Below, one piece after another: positions 18,986 through 28,186 of a stretch of 64,000 nt of DNA. The notes under the pieces were generated by a model. That model worked only from the letters and a program-made list of their open reading frames with translations. It did not search any database and had not been told where the DNA came from. The position numbers and the translations under genes are program-made. The stretch spans positions 1 through 64,000 of the forward strand of contig JBFWVL010000005.1 in NCBI GenBank assembly GCA_050246755.1. The letters are read 5' to 3'. The DNA is from Bacteriovoracia bacterium (GTDB lineage: Bacteria; Bdellovibrionota; UBA1018; CAIPTA01). Numbering within the stretch: the stretch's first letter is position 1; every line of letters starts with the position of its first letter.

Positions 18986-19789
18986 TTAGATACTAGAAGT
19001 AAAAAGTACATAAATCCCCATGCCCAAAACAAAGAACCCAAACGCGGGCTTCAGCTTGGGCGCGGCGATTCTCTTTTGTAGCCAAAGCCCCGAGACAATC
19101 CCAATCAGGGCGAAACCAACCAATAGAAATAGTGATCCGAAGGGGACGCTGCCCCAATTGCGGGTGCCCACAAGAAAACCAAAAATGGAATTTATCGCAA
19201 TTAGAAAAAGAGAGGCGCGGGTGGCATCTTTTACTGATACCTTCGCCAAAAAAATAAGAGCCGGTACTATCAGAAACCCACCGCCCGCACCAACGAAACC
19301 GGTTACTAATCCAACGGCTAAGCCTATGATTCCCAAAAATGGTAAACTTTTGTAAGCGTAATCAGCGGAATTTTTCCGTTCTCTTATCGGTAAAAAAATC
19401 ATGGATGCGGCGGCGGAGATCATGAGAACGGAAAATACCACCAACGTTGCTTGGTTGAGGGTAAAAGAGAGCGCGGAAAAACGGATTGTTTCCGGTAGCG
19501 CAGGCAAAATAATACGCTTAATGAAAAACATTCCGATTAAAGCGGGAACCGCAAATCCGGCAATTTTTTTCCATTTAACTGGACCTTCGTTTTGCTGCCA
19601 AAAAAAGCCAAAGGCGCTGACGATGCCCACGATAAATAGAGAATAGTGGGCGGCCAGCACGGGGGGATAGAGAAGCAGGTAAACCAGGATGGGCACGGTA
19701 AGGATTGATCCGCCTGCTCCAAAAATTCCGAGGGTAGTTCCCATGGCGAAGGCACCCGCTGCGCCTAAGGCTAAGAGCTGCGGTTCCAT
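18986..19789 (-). CDS. TauE/SafE sulfite exporter family permease
   Basis: GIFGAGGSILTVPILVY and GFVGAGGGFLIVPAL repeats; start MEPQ at 19789. Confidence 0.9.
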   Translation of the reverse strand: MEPQLLALGAAGAFAMGTTLGIFGAGGSILTVPILVYLLLYPPVLAAHYSLFIVGIVSAFGFFWQQNEGPVKWKKIAGFAVPALIGMFFIKRIILPALPETIRFSALSFTLNQATLVVFSVLMISAAASMIFLPIRERKNSADYAYKSLPFLGIIGLAVGLVTGFVGAGGGFLIVPALIFLAKVSVKDATRASLFLIAINSIFGFLVGTRNWGSVPFGSLFLLVGFALIGIVSGLWLQKRIAAPKLKPAFGFFVLGMGIYVLFTSSI

Positions 19790-20289
19790 GGCATCCGCTC
19801 CAATAGAAAGGCGAGTCCACACCATCCGGTGGCGCCGGCGAATGTGAGTCCTGCTCCCATAAATAGTGGGATGGCAAGAAAAGCAGGATTCACCGTGAGA
19901 GCAAGGAAGGAGCCGGTGAATACCAGCAGGCCCGCCGTGAGCATTACTTGCCGAATCACCGGAATCGCGCGGCGGATTCGGTTTACCGGCATTCCGCTAG
20001 CGGCCCAGGCGCTAAATCCTCCTTCCATTTCCACGAGATTATTGTATCCCTTGGCAGAGAGGATTTCGCGCGCGCGCGCCGATCGCTTGCCAGACTGACA
20101 GGAGAGAATGACGAGTTTATCTTTTGGAAGCTCGGCGGTGCCGCACTCGATTCGATCTAAAGGAACGCAGGTGGCGCCGGGTACGTGGCCGGATTTAAAC
20201 TCGTCTTCCGAGCGTACATCCACGAAGCATACGCTGTCGCGCTCCTTCGCTAGTTTTTCACTCACAATGGTAGGCGATAGTTTTTGCAT
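19771..20289 (-). CDS. Rhodanese + DUF2892 (YgaP-like) sulfurtransferase
   Basis: VDVRSEDEF..GHVPGA, CQSGKRS, GGFSAW; TM tail GATGWCGLA..LERMPWN. Confidence 0.92.
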   Translation of the reverse strand: MQKLSPTIVSEKLAKERDSVCFVDVRSEDEFKSGHVPGATCVPLDRIECGTAELPKDKLVILSCQSGKRSARAREILSAKGYNNLVEMEGGFSAWAASGMPVNRIRRAIPVIRQVMLTAGLLVFTGSFLALTVNPAFLAIPLFMGAGLTFAGATGWCGLAFLLERMPWNRSS

Positions 20290-20317
20290 AAGTTCTCCCA
20301 GGCTTCAGGAATGAATA

Positions 20318-21016
20318 TTATTCGGCTCCGCACTTCAAGTTGGCAGGCACCGCGATGTGCAGTCGCTTTGGCGGACCTAGGTTCAAGGCTGCCATCTCGT
20401 TTTTGAAGTGTTCGTAATCGTGTTTGGTTCCCACCTTTGGATTGAGCTCTGATTCCTCTTTGATCGTGCTCACCATGCGCCCATGGTAGTCGTGACCGGG
20501 GTAGACGAGGGTGTCTAATGGCAAGGAAAACAGCTTTTCACGAATGCTCGTAAACATCTTTTCATTGGAACCTTGCTGGAAGTCGGTTCTCCCCACATCG
20601 CGAACAAAGAGGGTGTCTCCCGTAAAAATCATGGCTTCCGAGTAATAGCTCACGCAGGTATCGGTATGGCCGGGGGTGGCGATGGCTTTAATCGTAAAAT
20701 TGCCGAAATGTAGTTCTTGTCCGTCCTCTATGGCGATGTCGGCGCAGGAAACTCCCGCATTCTTACTTAGGCCCGTCTTGGCCCCGGTTGCCGCGCGAAG
20801 CTTTGCTGCTCCGGTCACGTGATCGGCGTGCACGTGAGTGTCGAGCACGTATTTTAATGTAAGGCCGAGCTCCTTTAGGATCTCTAGGTCACGTTCGGCT
20901 TGCTCCTTTACGGTATCAATCAAAACCGCTTCTTTGCTTACCGAATCCGCTAATAGATAGGTATAGGTCCACGTGTCGTAGTCGAAGAGCTGGCGGAAGA
21001 TGAGGTTCTTGTTCAT
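20318..21016 (-). CDS. MBL-fold persulfide dioxygenase (ETHE1-like)
   Basis: FRQLFD..TYTYLL, THVHADHVTG, TPGHT, GRTDFQQG, PGHDY, AVPANLKCG. Confidence 0.92.
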   Translation of the reverse strand: MNKNLIFRQLFDYDTWTYTYLLADSVSKEAVLIDTVKEQAERDLEILKELGLTLKYVLDTHVHADHVTGAAKLRAATGAKTGLSKNAGVSCADIAIEDGQELHFGNFTIKAIATPGHTDTCVSYYSEAMIFTGDTLFVRDVGRTDFQQGSNEKMFTSIREKLFSLPLDTLVYPGHDYHGRMVSTIKEESELNPKVGTKHDYEHFKNEMAALNLGPPKRLHIAVPANLKCGAE

Positions 21017-21030
21017 GGCGATTTCTCCTT

Positions 21031-21390
21031 TCAGGAAAAATTTGTTCTTAAGGCTTTGGATAATTCAGCTTGCTGGCTCATTTGCTTATTCATTTGGCTT
21101 GCAAGAACCTTGCGCACTAAAGCGCAAGCCTGCTTCACTTCCGGAATGGCGAGGCTCAAGTATTGAAAGCGCCCTTCACTCCTCACCTTTAGAATTCCAG
21201 AAGCCCTCAGCACTTTGAGGTGCTGAGAGAGGTTTGTTTTGGGAATTTTTAGCTCTTTCAAGAGCCCGGAGGCGGTGGCTTCTTCCTCCGCCAGTAGGTC
21301 CAGGATCATTAGCCGAATGGGGCTGGCTAAGGCCGAGCATATTTCCGCCTGTCTCTCGTAGATTTCAGAATTTAAAGACCGCTTTTTCAT
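21031..21390 (-). CDS. ArsR/SmtB family regulator (BigR/SqrR-like context)
   Basis: ALASPIRLMIL, NLSQHLKVLR; Cys near both ends. Confidence 0.9.
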   Translation of the reverse strand: MKKRSLNSEIYERQAEICSALASPIRLMILDLLAEEEATASGLLKELKIPKTNLSQHLKVLRASGILKVRSEGRFQYLSLAIPEVKQACALVRKVLASQMNKQMSQQAELSKALRTNFS

Positions 21391-21400
21391 AAACGTCTAA

Positions 21401-21416
21401 TAGTTCGTTAGTTCGT
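21401..21416. promoter_or_regulatory. Tandem TAGTTCGT repeat, putative ArsR operator
   Basis: TAGTTCGT-TAGTTCGT, 10 nt upstream of the arsR start. Confidence 0.5.
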
Positions 21417-21612
21417 ATATTTATATACTAACAACCGAATGGGCATTTGTCAATGCCCGCGCGAAGGGGCACGGGTGGTCAATTTGAGACATTTGGCCTT
21501 GTGTGCGAGCGATTTTGTCTCGTGTGGCTCTGGCCCGGCACCCATTTGCGGCGCGCATCTTTGGAATGAAAATTGCTCCTGGGAAGGGGATTGCTAGTAT
21601 GGAGAAATTGCA

Positions 21613-22053
21613 GTGAAACTTATCGCTCAGTGGAAACAGAAAATGCTCTTTGCCGCGGAAGCTGATGGCCATGCGGTTTCCATGGATGCCAAGGCTCCGT
21701 TTGGAGCCGACGCGGCCCTTACTCCTAAGCAGCTGATCCTGGCTGCCGTTTGCGGCTGCGCGGGAATGGATATTGCCGGGCTGTTAAAGAAGCACAAGCA
21801 GCCGGTGGAAGAGTTCACTATCGAGGCCGTCGCAAAGGTTCACGAGGAGCATCCGGCCGTATTCGAGGAGTTGGAGGTAAGCTTCCGTTTAAAGGGGTTG
21901 ATCGATGATAAAATTCTTATAGAGGCTGTTCATCTTTCCCAGTCAAAGTATTGCAGCGTAAGTGCCATGCTGGCGAAGGCCATGCCCATTTATTATAAAA
22001 TTTATTTGAATTCCGAGCTTATTGGCTCGGGATCAGCAAAATTTGAAAAGTGA
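21613..22053 (+). CDS. OsmC/YhfA family protein
   Basis: TPKQLILAAVCGCAGMDI and SQSKYCSVSAML. Confidence 0.9.
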   Translation: MKLIAQWKQKMLFAAEADGHAVSMDAKAPFGADAALTPKQLILAAVCGCAGMDIAGLLKKHKQPVEEFTIEAVAKVHEEHPAVFEELEVSFRLKGLIDDKILIEAVHLSQSKYCSVSAMLAKAMPIYYKIYLNSELIGSGSAKFEK

Positions 22054-22060
22054 GGAAAAT

Positions 22061-22249
22061 ATGAAACAGAATATTCATCCGCTTGAGCGGATCGCAAGAA
22101 TCGTAGTGGGGGCGTTTTTGGTCAGTTTGGCTTTCTGGGGCCCGAGCAGTCAGTGGTTTTTCCTCGGTGCGATTCCTCTAGTGACCGGCCTGATAGGCTG
22201 GTGTCCTCCGTACGCGGCGCTGGGTATCAATACCTGCCGGTCAAGGTAA
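22061..22249 (+). CDS. DUF2892 (YgaP-like TM) protein
   Basis: MKQNIHPLERIARIVVG...TGLIGWCPPYAALGINTC. Confidence 0.88.
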   Translation: MKQNIHPLERIARIVVGAFLVSLAFWGPSSQWFFLGAIPLVTGLIGWCPPYAALGINTCRSR

Positions 22250-22279
22250 CTGAAGCATGAAGGAGGCCTTTTTTTCGGG

Positions 22280-22699
22280 CTATTTTTTTAGCTCGACGGC
22301 AGGATATTCTTCCACGTAATTTTCGCCATTTGGGCCGTAGTAAGTGACTTTGCGGGCAACGAAGTCGGCATCGTATCCCGTAACGCCGGCTTTCCACGCC
22401 GAAAGCAGAAATTCGGGGAAGGTGCCATTGCCCGCTTGGTCAGTTCGGATAGCCGTAATTAAAGCCTGGCGGTTGAATGGTGAAATCTCGTGAGTGCCGG
22501 TGACTAACGGCGTTCCTTGTTGTACGACCGAACCTTCCTTCATCAAGTAAACGGCCTGACATGAGGGCAAGGACCAGCGATTCATTTGCACACCTGCTTG
22601 GCGCAGCGCTTCGGCAAGCACGGGGAATCCGCCAACTTTGGGACGAATGGACATTGCATATTTTTGCGCTTCGGTAAGTTTTTCCGCGATCTCGCTCAC
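22280..22699 (-). CDS. DUF1398-like protein
   Basis: RPKVGGFP.LAEALRQAGV, AIRTDQAG..TFPEFL...WKAGV. Confidence 0.75.
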   Translation of the reverse strand: MSEIAEKLTEAQKYAMSIRPKVGGFPVLAEALRQAGVQMNRWSLPSCQAVYLMKEGSVVQQGTPLVTGTHEISPFNRQALITAIRTDQAGNGTFPEFLLSAWKAGVTGYDADFVARKVTYYGPNGENYVEEYPAVELKK

Positions 22700-22712
22700 T
22701 GGTTCTCCTTTA

Positions 22713-23177
22713 CTATTCTATGGGGTTCGCACTAAGGCTATGAATCTCGGCAATTTTCATAAGCGTGTTCATAAGCATTTTTCGCTCGGGCCCAGGGAGA
22801 ACCGAAAAGAAGGCTTCATCGTTCTCATCGGCAATACGCGCCAGTTTAGGAACAAGCTTTATGCCGTTCGCGGTCAGCTTAATTTCTTGATGCCGGCGAT
22901 CCACGGAAGATTCCGAGCGGGCCACGAGACCCTTGCCTAAAAGGCGCTCGATGAGTTTGGACACTGCCCCACGAGTGAGGCCGATCATCTCGGCGACCGC
23001 ACTGGGGGAGGTTTTCTCCTTGCTGGAATATATTTCGCGCAAAATGACCCATTCTGCGACGGTAACGCCGCTCGCTGCGAGTTTCTTGGCGAAGGATTGC
23101 GAAACCGCATTAGAAACCACGCGAAGGCGGTAACCGATATGTGACCTTAGATCGCTGGCTTCTATTTTTGATCGCAT
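22713..23177 (-). CDS. MarR family regulator
   Basis: VTVAEWVILR, GLTRGAVSKLIERL, DRR..EIKLT. Confidence 0.93.
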   Translation of the reverse strand: MRSKIEASDLRSHIGYRLRVVSNAVSQSFAKKLAASGVTVAEWVILREIYSSKEKTSPSAVAEMIGLTRGAVSKLIERLLGKGLVARSESSVDRRHQEIKLTANGIKLVPKLARIADENDEAFFSVLPGPERKMLMNTLMKIAEIHSLSANPIE

Positions 23178-23200
23178 TGCCGGGCCTTCCTTTTTTCATT

Positions 23201-23220
23201 ATAGTTTCCTAGGAAACTAT
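23201..23220. promoter_or_regulatory. Perfect 20-bp palindrome, putative MarR operator
   Basis: ATAGTTTCCT-AGGAAACTAT, 24 nt upstream of marR. Confidence 0.75.
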
Positions 23221-23248
23221 TGTAAAGGAATTTATTCAGCCTCATTCC

Positions 23249-23836
23249 TCAAACAATCCTACAAACCTCCTCAAACTCCAACCTAGGCCCGCGCGGATAC
23301 AATTTTGCGGCGTCGCCATAGCCGATATTGCAAATAAAGTTGGATTTCCAGCTCGTCCCCGCAAAGAATGTCTCATCCACTTTCGCATTATCGAATCCCG
23401 ACATCGGCCCCACGTCCAGGCCCAGCGCCCTCGCGGCGAGCATGAGATACGCGCCTTGCAGAGAGCTATTCCGAAAGGCCGTCGATTCGCTTAGGGATTT
23501 ATTCCCCACGAACATGGATTTCGCGTCGAAGGCGGGAAAAAGTTTCGGCAGCTGATCGTAGAACTTTTCGTCGTAGGCCACGATCGCCGTAACGGGTGCG
23601 CCCTTTACCTGCTCCACGTTCGAGCCACCGAGCGCGGGATAGAGTCTTTCTTTCTCCGCCTTGGATTTCACGAACAGGATCCGCATGGGGGCTGCGTTTA
23701 CGCTCGTGGGGCCCCACTTGGTGAGGTCGTAGAGCGAGCGCAGCAGCTCATCGGAAACATCTTGAGGAAGCCAGGCGTGGTGGGTTCTTGCTTCGGTAAA
23801 AAGTTGGGCTAATGCGGTTTTTTCGATGGGTTTCAT
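23249..23836 (-). CDS. rutE: Nitroreductase-family malonic semialdehyde reductase (RutE-like)
   Basis: LFTEARTH, WGPTSVN, AFRNSSLQGAY, GLDVGPMSGFD, PRGPRLEFEE. Confidence 0.88.
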   Translation of the reverse strand: MKPIEKTALAQLFTEARTHHAWLPQDVSDELLRSLYDLTKWGPTSVNAAPMRILFVKSKAEKERLYPALGGSNVEQVKGAPVTAIVAYDEKFYDQLPKLFPAFDAKSMFVGNKSLSESTAFRNSSLQGAYLMLAARALGLDVGPMSGFDNAKVDETFFAGTSWKSNFICNIGYGDAAKLYPRGPRLEFEEVCRIV

Positions 23837-23846
23837 GGTTTCTCCC

Positions 23847-24257
23847 TTAGTGCAGCAGGCCGAGTAGGTTTTTGGTGCGTTCTTTGCGGCCTAGGGCGAT
23901 GAGAGCGCTGGCTACGAAAAGAACGATGGCCATCGTGGCGTCGCCGCCGATGAGGAAGAGGTGGGTAGCTAGGGCGCCCGCCATCACTCCGGTCAGAAGC
24001 AGTCCGCCTAGGCCCGCTAGGGCAGGGATCAGCAATAAACCCGCGCCGATGATTTCGAGGGATCCGGTGAGGTAACGAAACCATTGGCCTATGCCGATGG
24101 CGCCGAAGAGCCCAACCATCTGAGGGTCGCCGGATATTTTACTCCAGCCGGCCATTAAGAACATGGCGGCTACTCCAATTTGTGCAGCCCAGAGGCCTAT
24201 GTTCAGCGCCTGAGAGTTAGTTTTTGCTTCGCGAATCGTTATAGTTTGTGTGCTCAT
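23847..24257 (-). CDS. DoxX family membrane protein
   Basis: FLMAGWSK, IGIGQWFRYLTGSLE, MAGALATH. Confidence 0.88.
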   Translation of the reverse strand: MSTQTITIREAKTNSQALNIGLWAAQIGVAAMFLMAGWSKISGDPQMVGLFGAIGIGQWFRYLTGSLEIIGAGLLLIPALAGLGGLLLTGVMAGALATHLFLIGGDATMAIVLFVASALIALGRKERTKNLLGLLH

Positions 24258-24355
24258 AGTATTTGCCTCTCTGAATTATTATTTTGTTCTAGATCTATCT
24301 TCGCCCAAAAATCGACCGTTGATTAGACCGGATATTTCGAATATATTGTTCGCAT

Positions 24356-25258
24356 ATGCGGACAATAAATCCTCACTCGGCGTTTATCTTCGTTCAGGTA
24401 GTGGTTTCTGGGAGCTTTACCGGAGCCGCCAAGGCGTTGGGCATTCCGAAATCCACGGTGAGCGATAAGGTGGCGGAGCTGGAGCGCGAGCTCGGGGTGA
24501 CGCTGATGGTGCGCACCACGAGAAAGCTGAACCTCACGGACGTGGGGAAGGAATATTTCCGGAAAGCGGAAGTGGCCGTGAGGCAGCTGCAGGCGGCGAG
24601 CGAAGAGGCGGCCCAGGCGCAGAGCCGGCCCATGGGAGTGCTGCGGATCACGGCGCCCGCGGACCTCACGTACTTTAACCTGATGGATTTCGTGGCGGAG
24701 TACCGGAGAAAATATCCGGAAGTGGTCGTCGACTTCGATTTTACCGACCGGATGGTGGATCTCGTGGCCGAGGGATTCGACATCGCGATTCGCGCAGGGC
24801 ATCTACAGGATTCCAGCCTCATGGCCAAAAAAGTGGGCACCAGCTACCTGGTGGTAGTGGCTAGCCCCGCTTATTTAAGGAAAGCACCTCCCCTGAAGCA
24901 ACCGAAAGATTTGGCGCAGCATAAATGCATTAAATTTAGCCCGGCTCCTTTCCGTGACGTGTGGGACCTCCACCCGAGCCAGGGAAAGGGCGTCAAGGTG
25001 GCCGTACCGGATTCGATCCTCACGAGCTCCCTCGCGGCCATTAAAACCCTGGTTGCCCTTGGGGAGGGGGTTTCATTGCTTCCTTTGGAGCTGTGCAAGC
25101 AGGAAATCGCGGAAAAGAAATTCGTGCGCGTGCTCCCGGGTTGGTCCACCTCCGAGAACCCCGTTCATATCGTGTACCCGCCGCAGCGCTATTCCTCACC
25201 TAAAGTTCGGGAGGCGATCCCGATGCTGGAGAAAAAGGTGAGGGAGCTGCTGGATTGA
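24356..25258 (+). CDS. LysR family regulator (CrgA-like)
   Basis: GSFTGAAKALGIPKSTVS, RTTRKLNLT, DLVAEGFDIAIR. Confidence 0.95.
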   Translation: MRTINPHSAFIFVQVVVSGSFTGAAKALGIPKSTVSDKVAELERELGVTLMVRTTRKLNLTDVGKEYFRKAEVAVRQLQAASEEAAQAQSRPMGVLRITAPADLTYFNLMDFVAEYRRKYPEVVVDFDFTDRMVDLVAEGFDIAIRAGHLQDSSLMAKKVGTSYLVVVASPAYLRKAPPLKQPKDLAQHKCIKFSPAPFRDVWDLHPSQGKGVKVAVPDSILTSSLAAIKTLVALGEGVSLLPLELCKQEIAEKKFVRVLPGWSTSENPVHIVYPPQRYSSPKVREAIPMLEKKVRELLD

Positions 25259-25312
25259 AGCCGCTCTGGAGCTAGCAAATTTAAACATAAGTCGACGATA
25301 GAATGGAGGTCT

Positions 25313-26323
25313 ATGCGAGCAGTTCTAATGAGGAAATACGGTGGCGAGGATGTGGTTCAAATTCACGATGTGCCGAAGGCTCAAATAAATGAAGATGAGG
25401 TGCTGGTTGAGGTCTATTCGGCAGGCATCAATCCAATTGATCTCAAGCTCAGAAAAGGAGAGATGAAACCGCTTTTAACCCTCAAGCTTCCTGTGATCTT
25501 GGGCACTGATATAGCCGGCAAGATTTTGGAAGTAGGCTCTAAGGTTACTCGATTCAAGAAAGGTGACGAAGTTTACGCCAGTTTTAGCACCGCTAAAATG
25601 GGGGCTTTTGCAGAATTTGTTGCCGTCCGAGAAAGTGACCTCTCACTTAAGCCCAAAAATCTGACGTTTGAGGAGGCGGCCTCTTTGCCGCTAGTGGGGC
25701 TCACCGTTTATCAAGCACTAAACGATGTGGCAAAGCTGCGTCCGGGGCAAAAGGTGTTTATTGAAGCCGGGAGCGGAGGCATTGGGACTTTCGCGATTCA
25801 GTTCGCAAAGGCGCTGGGCGCTGAGGTTGCAACCACGACCAGCTCGAAAAATATAGAATGGGTTCGCAAGCTCGGTGCCGATCACATCGTCGACTATCAG
25901 AAGCAAAATTTCGAAGACGTTTTAAGCGGCTACGATGCCGTTTTACACTCGGTTGACGGTGAGCCCACGACCCGAGGTTTTCCAATTTTAAAACGAGGTG
26001 GTCATCTATTGTCGCTCGTTGGGCCGCCGGATTTTAAATTTGCCAAACGAGTAGGCCTCAATATTTTTCTCCAATTCGTATGTGCCCTGCTCGGCTGGAA
26101 GGTAACCAAACTTTCAAAGAAAACAGGCACTAGCTACACGTTCGTCTTTGTTGAACCCTCTGGAAATCAATTAGCTAAAATTGCAACTCTTGTTGAAAGC
26201 GGAAAAATTAAGCCGGTCGTTGATCGGGTGTTTCCGATGAATCAAGTAAAGGAGGCATTTTCCTACGTTGCTCTCGGAAGAACGAAGGGCAAAGTGGTTC
26301 TAAAAATAAGAGATTCAGGCTGA
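25313..26323 (+). CDS. NADP-dependent quinone-oxidoreductase-type MDR enzyme
   Basis: INPIDLK, LGTDIAG, AASLPLVGLT, AGSGGIGTFAIQ, GRTKGKVV. Confidence 0.9.
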   Translation: MRAVLMRKYGGEDVVQIHDVPKAQINEDEVLVEVYSAGINPIDLKLRKGEMKPLLTLKLPVILGTDIAGKILEVGSKVTRFKKGDEVYASFSTAKMGAFAEFVAVRESDLSLKPKNLTFEEAASLPLVGLTVYQALNDVAKLRPGQKVFIEAGSGGIGTFAIQFAKALGAEVATTTSSKNIEWVRKLGADHIVDYQKQNFEDVLSGYDAVLHSVDGEPTTRGFPILKRGGHLLSLVGPPDFKFAKRVGLNIFLQFVCALLGWKVTKLSKKTGTSYTFVFVEPSGNQLAKIATLVESGKIKPVVDRVFPMNQVKEAFSYVALGRTKGKVVLKIRDSG

Positions 26324-26491
26324 GCATAGCCAACCTTTTACTAAAAGTTAGCTTCGATAAATTCTTAGCTAGAGCGGCCGTTTATGCCCTTTTCCTTGAG
26401 CATATTAGCCCCCAAGTTTGATTTGGCGAAAAATGCCCGGTTTTTTCCATATTTACCTAACTTTTGCGTATGGATTTCCCGATATAGCCAC

Positions 26492-27817
26492 ATGGCTTAT
26501 TGGCTCAAATCCGCGGCAAATATCTGGTTACAGGCCGGGGTCGAAAGGGCTTCGGCGGGAGATGTAAAGAAAGCAAAGATCTTAAATTTTTCTAGTTTGA
26601 TGCTCTTTGCTGCCGTCTGCGTAGCGGCTCCAATTTTTTACTGCGTCGTCGGCAGCCGCATTGTTTTTGTGACGATATTTATCGTTGCGATGATGATTTC
26701 AATCCCAGTGCAAAATAGAATAGGGTCGTTACAAGCTGCTAGCTGGACGATGATTCTTTCCTGCAATGTCTTTCTTGCGATTTTGGTGGCGACGGATCTC
26801 GACCGAACCGTTGTGCTGGCTTTCTTGGTTTGCCCCATTTTTGCATTGGTCTATTTTGATCTAAGGCAAAAGTATTCGATCGCGATCGGGCTGATTCTAC
26901 CGATATGCTTTTACGGTATCTTTTGGTATCAGGATCGGGTGGCCTCTACGGGCCTTACCGTAAGAGCCATCTTAGAGCTCGTAAACGCGTACAATACGAT
27001 TCTGGTCTCTTTCTTCATTACATTTTACTTTTATCTGACCAACAGTCGCAATGAGCAGAAGTTGAAAGAGGAGTCTGAAAAATTGCTGAAAGCCCAGTCC
27101 CAGCTCATACATACCTCAAAAATGGCGGCGCTAGGTGAGATGGCAGGGGGCATCGCCCATGAAATCAATAATCCTTTAGGGGTGATCTGCTTGAAGGCGG
27201 AGCAGCTGAGCGACTTGCTGGATGACAATGAAATTGATGAGGCTAAATCAGCCGCGGAAAAAATAAAAGAAGTTGGATTTCGGATTGCAAAAATCATTAC
27301 CGGACTAAGGAGCGTTGCGAAGGACGCCAGCCAAATCCCGCTCGAGAGGTATAAGCTAAAAGACGTTCTCGAAGACTCGCTTGGGCTATGCCGCGAAAGA
27401 TTTAAGTTTGATGGAATTGAAATTCATTCGCCTATGATTTCCGAGGACCTTGTCATTGAATGCCGGGTGGCGGATATTTCTCAGGTTCTCTTAAGCCTTC
27501 TCAAAAATTCTCATGATGCCATTTGTGATCGGCCCGAAAAGTGGATCAAAATCGAAGTAGTCGAAAATGAGGATTTGGTAGAAATATCTGTGGTGGATAG
27601 TGGCCATGGTATTTCACGAGATATTCAAGAAAGGATGATGCAGCCTTTTTTTACTACAAAAGAAATTGGCAAGGGTATGGGTCTTGGCCTCAGTACCTCG
27701 AGGGCAATCGTTGAGGTTCATAACGGAAAGCTATTTTACGATGCGAGCTCACCAAACACGCGATTTGTCATTGTGCTTCCAAAGAGCCGGCTAACGCAGG
27801 ATAAGCTTTCAGCCTAG
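26492..27817 (+). CDS. Membrane sensor histidine kinase
   Basis: TM helices, GEMAGGIAHEINNPL H-box, DSGHG, FFTTK, GMGLGL. ATG 26492 preferred over 26384. Confidence 0.92.
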   Translation: MAYWLKSAANIWLQAGVERASAGDVKKAKILNFSSLMLFAAVCVAAPIFYCVVGSRIVFVTIFIVAMMISIPVQNRIGSLQAASWTMILSCNVFLAILVATDLDRTVVLAFLVCPIFALVYFDLRQKYSIAIGLILPICFYGIFWYQDRVASTGLTVRAILELVNAYNTILVSFFITFYFYLTNSRNEQKLKEESEKLLKAQSQLIHTSKMAALGEMAGGIAHEINNPLGVICLKAEQLSDLLDDNEIDEAKSAAEKIKEVGFRIAKIITGLRSVAKDASQIPLERYKLKDVLEDSLGLCRERFKFDGIEIHSPMISEDLVIECRVADISQVLLSLLKNSHDAICDRPEKWIKIEVVENEDLVEISVVDSGHGISRDIQERMMQPFFTTKEIGKGMGLGLSTSRAIVEVHNGKLFYDASSPNTRFVIVLPKSRLTQDKLSA

Positions 27818-27872
27818 GGTCTCTTCTTCGGCACGCAACGAACTCCGCCTAGCGTTTTCAAAAGCCTAAAAT

Positions 27873-27909
27873 AAAAAGGGGCCAGCAGAGGTTTCCCTCC
27901 ACCAGCCCC
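27873..27909 (-). terminator. Rho-independent terminator with GAAA tetraloop
   Basis: Minus strand GGGGCTGGTGGAGG-GAAA-CCTCTGCTGGCCCC-TTTTT. Confidence 0.75.
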
Positions 27910-27924
27910 CCGCTTCATCGTTTA

Positions 27925-28056
27925 TTACTTCTTCTCAAAATGGCCGGCTTCGCGGATGCTGTCGGCGAAAGCCTTCTGGCTGCCGTGGTCGCAACCGGTA
28001 AGCAGAAACCAGATACTGAGGATCGCAAATAGTTTAAGGGCGATTGAGTTATTCAT
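27925..28056 (-). CDS. 43-aa lipoprotein
   Basis: AGGAG SD; MNNSIALKLFAILSIWFLLTG-C lipobox; own promoter and terminator. Confidence 0.65.
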   Translation of the reverse strand: MNNSIALKLFAILSIWFLLTGCDHGSQKAFADSIREAGHFEKK

Positions 28057-28079
28057 ATCGTGCTCCTGCCTCATATATC

Positions 28080-28094
28080 GCAAGCAGGGTGCCG
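28080..28094 (-). promoter_or_regulatory. sigma54 promoter
   Basis: CGGCAC-CCTGC-TTGC (GG-N10-GC). Confidence 0.6.
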
Positions 28095-28186
28095 CGATGC
28101 CAAGGCAATGGTTTCGCGCCCTTAGCCCAGGGGTGTCTCCGTGCGGAGACAGGTGCAAGTGGATACGAGAGACAGGGGCTAGGATT

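Larger units (their letters stand above)
8198..27830. mobile_element. Putative tRNA-His-anchored accessory region / degenerate genomic island
   Basis: Starts immediately 3' of the tRNA with visibly AT-rich genes, followed by typical cargo (metal, stress, sulfur, redox). No integrase or att duplication found; right boundary uncertain. Confidence 0.45.

Noticed and set aside
25270-25302. GACGATAG upstream of the oxidoreductase (and GACGATAA near 63075) as sigma28 promoters
   Set aside because: No matching -35 element at the 15-16 nt spacing; the oxidoreductase also has a normal SD-led start.
8198-27830. Intact prophage, ICE or transposon
   Set aside because: No integrase, transposase, conjugation or phage structural genes, and no duplicated tRNA end was found.
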